A program made the position numbers and the translations under genes. Below, one piece after another: positions 23,066 to 29,318 of a stretch of 29,318 nucleotides of DNA; within the stretch, counting starts at the first letter, position 1, and the number at the start of each line of letters is the position of its first letter. The notes under the pieces were generated by a model that was not told the origin of the DNA, searched no databases, and was given only the letters and a program-made list of their open reading frames with translations. Source of the DNA: a virus (taxonomy: Duplodnaviria; Caudoviricetes); IMG/VR virus record IMGVR_UViG_3300017761_002137, positions 1 through 29,318 of that record; one strand, written 5' to 3'.

Positions 23066-23470
23066 CTATTTTATTACTTCCCAATAGTCAATGGGATAAT
23101 TAATTTCTATTTCTGTTTTTTCTTGATCAAAGGACTTAACTTTTTCTTGTTCGATTTGGAGGCGGATTGTCCATGGGTTGTCTTCAGATAGGAGTCCAGA
23201 GTGTCGCAAGCCATCAAGTAGATTCTTTGTGGAAGCTGCGGCGTTGTCTGGATCAAGACACCGGACTCGGAACAGAGTGAAGCGGACGTCAATGCGTCCA
23301 ACAGCGCGTCCCAAGCCAGCTTTTTTTCCTTGTATTGGACTGCCCAGTGTTGGCGCATAGTTTTGTTTAGGGACGGGGTTCTGTATAGGACTGTGAGTTT
23401 TAGTTGCATTGGCTTGTAAAAATGATTGTGAGGCGTTTGGGAATGCCAGCATTAGTTCTTTTTGGGTCAT
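23066..23470 (-). CDS. RusA-like Holliday junction resolvase, catalytic-core frame
   Basis: R..LDPDN....KNLLDGL...LL.EDN RusA-type acidic motifs; N-terminal ~50 aa is P/Q-rich and lacks the usual first strand and helix. Confidence 0.7.
   Translation of the reverse strand: MTQKELMLAFPNASQSFLQANATKTHSPIQNPVPKQNYAPTLGSPIQGKKAGLGRAVGRIDVRFTLFRVRCLDPDNAAASTKNLLDGLRHSGLLSEDNPWTIRLQIEQEKVKSFDQEKTEIEINYPIDYWEVIK
23107..23409 (-). CDS. Overlapping-frame ORF carrying a RusA-type N-terminal strand and helix
   Basis: MQLKLTVLYRTPSLNKTMRQHWAVQYKEKKLAW matches the PSLN...HW...K..W start of phage RusA-like proteins; nested in the 23066-23470 ORF in another frame. Confidence 0.6.
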   Translation of the reverse strand: MQLKLTVLYRTPSLNKTMRQHWAVQYKEKKLAWDALLDALTSASLCSESGVLIQTTPQLPQRIYLMACDTLDSYLKTTHGQSASKSNKKKLSPLIKKKQK

Positions 23471-23733
23471 AGCGTGTATCCATTTTCCTTGGCCCAGGCT
23501 GGATTGTCATGGCATTTAGTATGGCAAAATCTACAGGTTGATAAGAAGGTGTCTTTATTACACAGATTCTTCCCCCTTTTAGCCATGTGGTGAATGTCTG
23601 TAGCATCGCATCCACAAATCTCGCAATATGGATTCAATGCGAAGTGTTCTTTCCTTGCTTGAGAATACTTAACGAGTTCTTTAGAGTGCCTTGCTGACAC
23701 CTTGTTCATCCTACTTCTTCTTAACAGGGGCAT
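23467..23733 (-). CDS. HNH endonuclease
   Basis: CEICG..ATDIHH...RG......CRFCHTKCH. Confidence 0.8.
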   Translation of the reverse strand: MPLLRRSRMNKVSARHSKELVKYSQARKEHFALNPYCEICGCDATDIHHMAKRGKNLCNKDTFLSTCRFCHTKCHDNPAWAKENGYTL

Positions 23734-23911
23734 AATAGCGTTCCATACTTTTTAGAGTTTCAAGGCATTCGCTATTTTCGATTGGCGAATAAACACACTT
23801 TGGAAATTCTTTTCCTCTCATGTGCATATCACCTAATTTATTCAGCTTGAATGGAGAGACGAATATTCTCATCTCCCCATTCTCAAGACCAATGAATGGA
23901 ATCAAATCCAT
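23711..23911 (-). CDS. Hypothetical protein
   Basis: 66 aa, tightly packed in the minus-strand operon. Confidence 0.55.
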   Translation of the reverse strand: MDLIPFIGLENGEMRIFVSPFKLNKLGDMHMRGKEFPKCVYSPIENSECLETLKSMERYYAPVKKK

Positions 23912-23912
23912 C

Positions 23913-24164
23913 CTACGAATCCAGCTTTGACATTATGTTTTTTAACCATTGGTTTTTCTTTTTGGGCTTTGTTTTTTTGGCAGGCTTACGAATTCTTTTC
24001 ATTCTGTAAATGTCCGGTATTGGACTATCTTCAACATAGACTTCGTGTGTGATTGCTTGCTTGCAACAATACCTAATACGCCGGACAAAACAAACATTGT
24101 CTTTGGTTGTCAGAACGCGAGTGTCCTTAACCTCGGTATCCTTACCGCATTCTCTACACTTCAT
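23913..24164 (-). CDS. NrdR-N-like Zn-ribbon protein
   Basis: MKCRECG..TEVKDTR......VRRIRYC; basic tail; no ATP cone. Confidence 0.6.
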   Translation of the reverse strand: MKCRECGKDTEVKDTRVLTTKDNVCFVRRIRYCCKQAITHEVYVEDSPIPDIYRMKRIRKPAKKTKPKKKNQWLKNIMSKLDS

Positions 24165-24654
24165 TTATGAATTTCTTTGCATCTGCCATTAGATTCAATC
24201 TCCCAACAACATCATCTACTGAATATGCGGGATGCTCAATTTGAAGAACAAGTAGTTTGACTAATAGCTTTGCCTCTTGCTGTATCGTATCCTTATCTTT
24301 TACTGCTTTTAAGAATTTAGATAGAAGTGTTTCGCCTCCCTTACCATAAGACAATGCTTTTTCCAGTTCGTCTATACGATCAGCATCCTCTCTTGCGTTC
24401 TTGCGTAGAGACTTGATTACTCCAATGAGGTCGGCCCGTTCCGATTCAATTCGCTCGTTTTTACGCACCAAATCGTTAGCGTTTTGATGTATTGTTGCTC
24501 CTGCAACCAATCGTTGCTGAACGATAGCCCGTAGCTCATTGCGCTCACGCTCCAACTTGCGAGCGAAAGTGACTGTAACGACCTGCAATGGGATTGGGTT
24601 TGTTCTGAGCAGCCCTTCATGTTGTGCAGCATCTGTCTCTGGGGTGGCACTCAT
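24154..24654 (-). CDS. Coiled-coil hypothetical protein
   Basis: TPETDA...FARKLERERNEL phage motif. Confidence 0.6.
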   Translation of the reverse strand: MSATPETDAAQHEGLLRTNPIPLQVVTVTFARKLERERNELRAIVQQRLVAGATIHQNANDLVRKNERIESERADLIGVIKSLRKNAREDADRIDELEKALSYGKGGETLLSKFLKAVKDKDTIQQEAKLLVKLLVLQIEHPAYSVDDVVGRLNLMADAKKFINEV

Positions 24655-25046
24655 TTCGCGCCCTCCCTATGGATCATTTTGATAATCTCTGCAATCGCTT
24701 CCTCTCGGTTGAATGACAGGGAGCAAATACCCACATCCCTCCAGTGTCCGCAATAGAAGACTTGGTAGGTAAACCTCCGGCAATCATCTTCGGACTCGTC
24801 AAGATACCGGAATGGGAAGCCAAGGAACTTTGAGTATCCATTGGGGTTCTCAACCATATCTCGCAACCTTGCAACCTCACCCTGTGAAAGAGAGAGGTTA
24901 TATACCAAAGACCGCACTTCAGCCCTAAGTGAATCTATCTCGCATTGTGCGAGGAGACTGTGATTTACTTCCAGCGGGACATCTTCTGGGCGAGGAATAC
25001 TACGAAAGGTGAAATCTCCCACATATTCTGGCATCGTGTCTTCCAT
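24651..25046 (-). CDS. Hypothetical protein
   Basis: ATG at 25046 (MEDT) follows the upstream stop; ATGA overlap downstream. Confidence 0.55.
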   Translation of the reverse strand: MEDTMPEYVGDFTFRSIPRPEDVPLEVNHSLLAQCEIDSLRAEVRSLVYNLSLSQGEVARLRDMVENPNGYSKFLGFPFRYLDESEDDCRRFTYQVFYCGHWRDVGICSLSFNREEAIAEIIKMIHREGAK

Positions 25047-25047
25047 A

Positions 25048-25446
25048 TTAGTCCTTTTTAAATAGTTCATCGATTATCTTTTCGGTTACTTCTTGGAGTG
25101 ATGGGTAGCAGAGCATATTGAATGACTCACCGTGTTTCTTGATGAATGCCTGCCAGTCCTTGTGTTCTTCCTTGGTGAGCTTGATCGGGTTGGGTCTTGC
25201 TTCTCCAGCCTTGCGGACGATTTCCATCAACTTATCCTGCTTGTTATGTGCGGCAGCTTGGATTTCAGCCTTGTCTGGATAAACACATTGCCGGACGCTG
25301 GTGCATCCTGGTGCTATCTTAACGAGCCAGTAACCCTCCTGTAGCCCAAAGTATGAGTTATCGTCTGTGACTTGTATATATCGCTTTCCTTGTTTGCGGT
25401 AGAGTATTTTTGACTCTACTTGTTCTATGCGTTGTTTTGCGTTCAT
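25048..25446 (-). CDS. Hypothetical protein
   Basis: Start MNAKQ (25446) chosen from promoter position; LYRKQGKRY...EGYWLV. Confidence 0.6.
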   Translation of the reverse strand: MNAKQRIEQVESKILYRKQGKRYIQVTDDNSYFGLQEGYWLVKIAPGCTSVRQCVYPDKAEIQAAAHNKQDKLMEIVRKAGEARPNPIKLTKEEHKDWQAFIKKHGESFNMLCYPSLQEVTEKIIDELFKKD

Positions 25447-25455
25447 GCGAAATAT

Positions 25456-25487
25456 ATCTTGCACTAAATGTAGTGGTGTGTCAATAT
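25456..25487. promoter_or_regulatory. Overlapping divergent promoter pair
   Basis: Minus: TTGACA-N17-CAAGAT (25484-25456). Plus: TTGCAC-N17-CAATAT (25459-25487). Each ends 9 nt before an ATG; CACTA-N4-TAGTG palindrome between them. Confidence 0.6.
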
Positions 25488-25496
25488 CTGATTTCC

Positions 25497-25670
25497 ATGA
25501 AACATACATTCATTCACCTTGGCTGCGAGGTTAAGATCGCAGGTAACGATGTCACAATTTATCGGCAAGATGGAGGTATTGATAAGATCAAATTAAAGTT
25601 GATCCATGATCAAGACACAGCAGAAGAGTTCGTCAAGGACTACATCACGCTCGCTATTGTTAAACAATAA
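25497..25670 (+). CDS. Hypothetical protein (57 aa)
   Basis: MKHTFIHLG..., first gene after the divergent promoter. Confidence 0.55.
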   Translation: MKHTFIHLGCEVKIAGNDVTIYRQDGGIDKIKLKLIHDQDTAEEFVKDYITLAIVKQ

Positions 25671-25685
25671 ACCAGAAAAACACTA

Positions 25686-27404
25686 ATGTGGATACTACCC
25701 AAAAACCTAACCTCTCACACATTTCCCTCTGCTTTGGCTACGGAGGTATCGACCTCGGACTCCACCGAATTTTCGGAGACAGACTACGACTCGCTGCTGT
25801 TTGCGAGATCGAGGCATTTGCTCTGGAAAATGCTTTGTCGAAAATGGAAGCAGGACTCCTTCCTCCGGCTCCGATCTGGAATGATTTACGGACATTCCCT
25901 TGGGAAGAGTTTCAAGATGTCAGCTTGGTATCGGGAGGTTTTCCCTGCCAGCCATTCTCCGCTGCTGGAAAGCGAGATGGAGATCAAGACCCAAGACACC
26001 TCTTCCCATTCATCATTGATGGAATCAAACGATGCAGACCAGGACTTGTTTTCTTGGAAAATGTCGAAGGAATCCTTTCAAGCAAACTTACTGGAGAAGG
26101 TTGGGCAGACCCAGCCGGAACGCCAGTTTTGCTCCATGTCCTTAGAGAGTTGGAACGGGTGGGTTACAAAGCAACGGCAGGAATATTCAGTGCGTCTGAA
26201 GTCGGCGCTCCCCACCAGCGCAAACGAGTGTTCATCATGGCCTACCTCAAATGCGCGGGATTGGAAGGATTCCGGCCCGACCCAAGGCAATCGAAAGAAT
26301 CCCAACTTGGGGACTGCGGTGGTGAAGGATGCGGCGAACTGGCCGACACCTCAAGCGCAGGACACGCAGTGGACGCCGGAAGCATATGCCGCAGCAAAGG
26401 AGAAGCGTGGCGGAAAGATGTTCTTGAGCCTCAACATTGCGGCGCAACAGCATGGCCCAGCCGCCCAGGTCAACCCCAATACGGATGGGAGCCGCCAAGA
26501 GTTGTGGCCAACACCATCAGCGGATGGGGACAGCAGGCCGGGAGTCAATGCGGATCCGGTGAAGTGGCAGCAGATAGCGGATGCAAAGAAGGCACAGGGG
26601 ATCAACAAACAGTTATTCCTGACGACCAAGGTAGCAATGGAGGAGCAGGAGAAGATGTGGAGAACACCATCTGTAGCGGAAGAGAAGAATCAGAATACCA
26701 GCAAGCAAATCTACCTTCAGAACCAAGTGGGGGCGACTCCGAAATCGTGGGCAACTCCAAGATCGTGCAGTGCAATGGCAGCAACAATAACACAAGAGTC
26801 AGCGAACAAAGAAAACAGATTCCCGAATTTAGAAACTCAAGTTGGGAGACAACAATGGGCAACTCCTCAAGCGAGCGACCATATCGAGGGAGCGAGGACG
26901 GCAATTGGGAGCAACCAGAAATGTTTGGGGCGAGACCTGAAAACATGGGCAACTCCAAGAGTGGGTGGACAGGAGAGTGCGGAAACAAGGATAGCCAGAG
27001 GGAAGGACTTGGGTCTACTTGGTCAGGTTCAGGTGGAGACATGGGCAACACCGAACAGCTTCTGTTTCCAGCCTCCAGAGAACACGGAGCAATGGACGAA
27101 GCGAGCGGAATTCCAGCAGACCGAGAAAGGAGTGAATCTACACAAGCCGATTCAGAGCCAAGTGCTACACGAAAACGAGAAAGTGACAGGGCCAATGCCT
27201 CCGAGTGCAGCGAAATTGAACAGCCAATGGGTTACTCAACTCATGGGACTGAATCTCGGTTGGGTATCTCCGAGTTGTCCGGCCTCAGTAATTCAGAACT
27301 GGCCAAAATTCGTGAGTGGATGGTTAAAACTGACAACCGCACGGACGAACTCCGATTGCTCGGAAACGGAGTTGTCCCCGCAACAGCAACCAGAGCTTTT
27401 CTGA
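25686..27404 (+). CDS. Overlapping-frame MTase partner ('beta'): eight W-x-T-P modules plus motif IX-like segment
   Basis: 572 sense codons nested over the MTase; ATG overlaps the alpha GTG (ATGTG); KLNSQWVTQLMGLNLGW resembles motif IX. Confidence 0.75.
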   Translation: MWILPKNLTSHTFPSALATEVSTSDSTEFSETDYDSLLFARSRHLLWKMLCRKWKQDSFLRLRSGMIYGHSLGKSFKMSAWYREVFPASHSPLLESEMEIKTQDTSSHSSLMESNDADQDLFSWKMSKESFQANLLEKVGQTQPERQFCSMSLESWNGWVTKQRQEYSVRLKSALPTSANECSSWPTSNARDWKDSGPTQGNRKNPNLGTAVVKDAANWPTPQAQDTQWTPEAYAAAKEKRGGKMFLSLNIAAQQHGPAAQVNPNTDGSRQELWPTPSADGDSRPGVNADPVKWQQIADAKKAQGINKQLFLTTKVAMEEQEKMWRTPSVAEEKNQNTSKQIYLQNQVGATPKSWATPRSCSAMAATITQESANKENRFPNLETQVGRQQWATPQASDHIEGARTAIGSNQKCLGRDLKTWATPRVGGQESAETRIARGKDLGLLGQVQVETWATPNSFCFQPPENTEQWTKRAEFQQTEKGVNLHKPIQSQVLHENEKVTGPMPPSAAKLNSQWVTQLMGLNLGWVSPSCPASVIQNWPKFVSGWLKLTTARTNSDCSETELSPQQQPELF

Positions 27405-27430
27405 CACTATTGGAGAAACTAAACGGTTGA
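25688..27430 (+). CDS. C5 cytosine DNA methyltransferase, catalytic ('alpha') frame
   Basis: Motif I SLCFGYGG, II CEIE, IV GFPCQPFS, VI LENV, VIII HQRKRVF, X LRLLGNGVVP; motif IX absent; GTG start. Confidence 0.9.
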   Translation: MDTTQKPNLSHISLCFGYGGIDLGLHRIFGDRLRLAAVCEIEAFALENALSKMEAGLLPPAPIWNDLRTFPWEEFQDVSLVSGGFPCQPFSAAGKRDGDQDPRHLFPFIIDGIKRCRPGLVFLENVEGILSSKLTGEGWADPAGTPVLLHVLRELERVGYKATAGIFSASEVGAPHQRKRVFIMAYLKCAGLEGFRPDPRQSKESQLGDCGGEGCGELADTSSAGHAVDAGSICRSKGEAWRKDVLEPQHCGATAWPSRPGQPQYGWEPPRVVANTISGWGQQAGSQCGSGEVAADSGCKEGTGDQQTVIPDDQGSNGGAGEDVENTICSGREESEYQQANLPSEPSGGDSEIVGNSKIVQCNGSNNNTRVSEQRKQIPEFRNSSWETTMGNSSSERPYRGSEDGNWEQPEMFGARPENMGNSKSGWTGECGNKDSQREGLGSTWSGSGGDMGNTEQLLFPASREHGAMDEASGIPADRERSESTQADSEPSATRKRESDRANASECSEIEQPMGYSTHGTESRLGISELSGLSNSELAKIREWMVKTDNRTDELRLLGNGVVPATATRAFLTLLEKLNG

Positions 27431-27606
27431 AAAAGAATATTCCATGCTGGGAACCCTGCGATTCCTGTGAAGATTACAAATGCAATATTCACAAAGAACA
27501 TGTGCATGATTGCGAGTGTGAGCCAATAGATTGGTGGGAGAAGCGTGGAATGTATCCATACCAAACAATAGTAAAAGAATACTTTTTAAAAATAACCCTA
27601 AAATGA
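27427..27606 (+). CDS. Small Cys/His-rich metal-binding protein (59 aa)
   Basis: Read manually: TTG start overlapping the MTase stop, CWEPCDSCEDYKCNIHKEHVHDCEC, stop overlaps the next ATG. Confidence 0.55.
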   Translation: MKKNIPCWEPCDSCEDYKCNIHKEHVHDCECEPIDWWEKRGMYPYQTIVKEYFLKITLK

Positions 27607-27785
27607 GCAACGAACAAAAGGTTTGGCTTGCACTTCAGTCTGCAAAGACGGATATTATCCTTGCGATTGCTGACTACAAGAAACCTAATCACACGGCTTG
27701 CATGGATTGGGTAGACCAAGCGACAGCAAGGCTGATGGAGGCTTATGGTCTGCTTGAAGAAGACAAGGGCGGATACGAACTTTAG
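27603..27785 (+). CDS. Hypothetical protein (60 aa)
   Basis: MSNEQKVW..., ATGA coupling with the previous ORF. Confidence 0.5.
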   Translation: MSNEQKVWLALQSAKTDIILAIADYKKPNHTACMDWVDQATARLMEAYGLLEEDKGGYEL

Positions 27786-27912
27786 AATTTTGAGATGCAA
27801 TAACGTGGTATTGTGGCGGATTGAAACCCTTGGCAGGGCTTGATCTGGTTAGGAATAACACCATCCTCGCAACCACATAAAACGAGGACTCTCAAGTATC
27901 GTTAAACAATAC

Positions 27913-27940
27913 TTGACTCTACACTCAGGCAGTGTAGTGT
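27913..27940 (+). promoter_or_regulatory. Sigma70-like promoter with operator-like palindrome
   Basis: TTGACT-N16-TAGTGT; CTACACT-N5-AGTGTAG inverted repeat at 27919-27937. Confidence 0.65.
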
Positions 27941-27947
27941 TCAATCC

Positions 27948-28089
27948 GCTGTAGAAATACAGCCGTTCGCGTAGAAACGAACGCAATAGAAGATTAAATC
28001 GAAACAACAATATATCATCCCTCCGTCACGGAAATATTTCTACCCGACATTCAATCGGTCTTCTACCGTGGCGGGGGATGGCCCCCTTT
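27948..28089 (+). ncRNA. Candidate structured 5' leader of the replication gene
   Basis: Two hairpins bearing GTAGAAA, a long stem 28016-28080 enclosing TTTCTAC and TCTTCTA, and an alternative GGGGG/CCCCC hairpin. Confidence 0.55.
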
Positions 28090-28092
28090 ATT

Positions 28093-29073
28093 ATGGAATA
28101 CAAAATTGAGCAATATGAACGAGTCGATACTATGCAAGAAGGAAGTATCGAAGATATATTGATTGGAGTAACGAAGCCTTCGATAGATAGGTTGCTAAAG
28201 ATGCAAAACCCAGGAGACTGCATCGCTCTTTATACTTTATACTGCTACATTAGGAAGTGGCAGAAGAATTCAAATGTATTTGCAACATCAGAGTATGTAA
28301 TGAAAGCTTTGGACTGGGGGAGGGATAGGTTTTCAAGAGCAAAGAATCAATTGGTTGAGGCAAAATTTATTGAAGATGTTAAGGTTAGAACAGAAGAAAA
28401 AAAGATAGATGGTTGGTATGTAAAAGTTCGTTATGCAATGAATGCCACACTGGGGAAATTCCACACTACGGAAATCCCACAGGGTGGAAATTCCGCAGAC
28501 AAATACCCTTTACTGATAAATGAAATACCTTTTAATGGTAATGAAATACTTATGCGTGATCAAAGAAGAGAAGAATTTGTTTTGAACAGTAAAATACAAG
28601 TAGAATTAAACGATGCCAGGGCGAAGACAGAAATTGAAATGCAATCAGCAGCTTCGGACTTTGAAACTTTCTACTCCAGTTACCCGCGCAAGGTTTCCAA
28701 AACCAATGCCGAGAAATCGTGGAAGAAACAGAAGTGCGTTCTATCTGAAGTCATGCCATCCCTTCAAAAGCAAATGAAGCTCTGGACTGATCCTCAATTT
28801 ATTCCTCACCCTGCGACATGGCTAAACGGAAGGCGTTGGGAGGATGAAACACCTAATTCAATACCATCACACCAGAACACATATAAAACACACTCTAACG
28901 CCAACCTCGCGCAAAAGAAGCGCAACTGGTATGACATCTGTGAAGAGCGTGGAGAGCGTGAAGCATTCAAAACCTGGGTTACAACGAAAAGACCGGAGGA
29001 ATGGTGCGATTACCTTCCATCAATGGACACTCGTTGGTGGATCGAATTTTCTGATAGACCCGTAGAGTTTTAG
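28093..29073 (+). CDS. Phage replication initiator / replisome organizer
   Basis: N-terminal winged-helix-like region, internal iterons, C-terminal FETFYSSYPRKVSK..AEKSW...FIPHPATWLNGRRWEDE; start 28078, 28093 or 28132. Confidence 0.8.
   Translation: MEYKIEQYERVDTMQEGSIEDILIGVTKPSIDRLLKMQNPGDCIALYTLYCYIRKWQKNSNVFATSEYVMKALDWGRDRFSRAKNQLVEAKFIEDVKVRTEEKKIDGWYVKVRYAMNATLGKFHTTEIPQGGNSADKYPLLINEIPFNGNEILMRDQRREEFVLNSKIQVELNDARAKTEIEMQSAASDFETFYSSYPRKVSKTNAEKSWKKQKCVLSEVMPSLQKQMKLWTDPQFIPHPATWLNGRRWEDETPNSIPSHQNTYKTHSNANLAQKKRNWYDICEERGEREAFKTWVTTKRPEEWCDYLPSMDTRWWIEFSDRPVEF
28445..28552 (+). repeat. Putative replication origin: 16-bp iterons plus AT-rich repeats
   Basis: CCACACTGGGGAAATT, CCACACTACGGAAATC, CCACAGGGTGGAAATT in tandem, then AAATACC..T repeats at 28501, 28523 and a partial one at 28544. 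Confidence 0.7.
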
Positions 29074-29091
29074 TGTTACAATATCAATCCC

Positions 29092-29199
29092 ATGTACCAC
29101 CTAAAGCTCGCTTGGCTTTACATCAAACGCGAATACTATGTCGCTCAGTTCGTTTGGAATGAACTGAAGATTTCAATTCTCCACCTATTTTTGAAATGA
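29092..29199 (+). CDS. Small hypothetical protein (35 aa)
   Basis: Read manually; stop overlaps the next ATG (ATGA). Confidence 0.35.
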   Translation: MYHLKLAWLYIKREYYVAQFVWNELKISILHLFLK

Positions 29200-29318
29200 G
29201 AGATTTTCTAATTATGATTTTAATCGCATTCGCATTCGGATGCACAATTTCCGCTTGGCAACGGGCATCCAAGCCGGACTTCACAATCTGCCCACTCTGC
29301 AATCAACACACAAAATAA
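29196..29318 (+). CDS. Small membrane protein with CxxC (40 aa)
   Basis: MRDFLIMILIAFAFGC...CPLC; ends with TAA at the window end. Confidence 0.4.
   Translation: MRDFLIMILIAFAFGCTISAWQRASKPDFTICPLCNQHTK

Noticed and set aside
26238-27170. Intein or intron in the methyltransferase
   Set aside because: No C/S...HN splice motifs, homing endonuclease or intron core; the insert is explained by the second frame.
26602-27195. 197-aa minus-strand ORF as a third coding frame in the MTase
   Set aside because: S/L/P-rich with no motif; expected by chance in this GC-richer, purine-skewed segment.
27805-27876. tRNA or hammerhead ribozyme
   Set aside because: tRNA-sized, with GGGTTTCAATCC on the minus strand, but no proper D arm, anticodon arm or T stem; hammerhead CUGAnGA and GUH cores are absent.
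27951-28066. Cas12a-like repeat (TTTCTAC/GTAGA) or mini CRISPR array
   Set aside because: Arms are in the wrong order, there is no repeat-spacer periodicity and no cas gene.

Overview
A 29.3-kb segment of a tailed dsDNA phage (Caudoviricetes, probably short-tailed). Order: 5'-truncated giant internal-virion-like protein, Cys-rich protein, terminase large subunit on the opposite strand, GT-A glycosyltransferase-like gene, portal, scaffold, major capsid protein, two paralogous collagen-like fibres, an autotransporter-repeat adhesin, holin-like genes and a GH108-like endolysin. Then come a small accessory operon (HExxH protein, metallophosphoesterase), a minus-strand block (RusA-like, HNH, Zn-ribbon), a C5 cytosine methyltransferase locus and a replication initiator with an internal iteron origin. 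Most notable: two enzymes appear split between overlapping reading frames of the same DNA. (1) The C5-MTase has motifs I-VIII and X in one frame; motif IX plus eight tandem W-x-T-P modules (candidate target-recognition domains) lie in a second ~1.7-kb frame. (2) The RusA-like resolvase has its N-terminal PSLN/HW helix and catalytic core in different frames, with an A-AAA-AAG slippery site that could join them. Structured non-coding leaders precede the replication and capsid genes. All calls come from reading motifs by eye; no database search or folding program was run.
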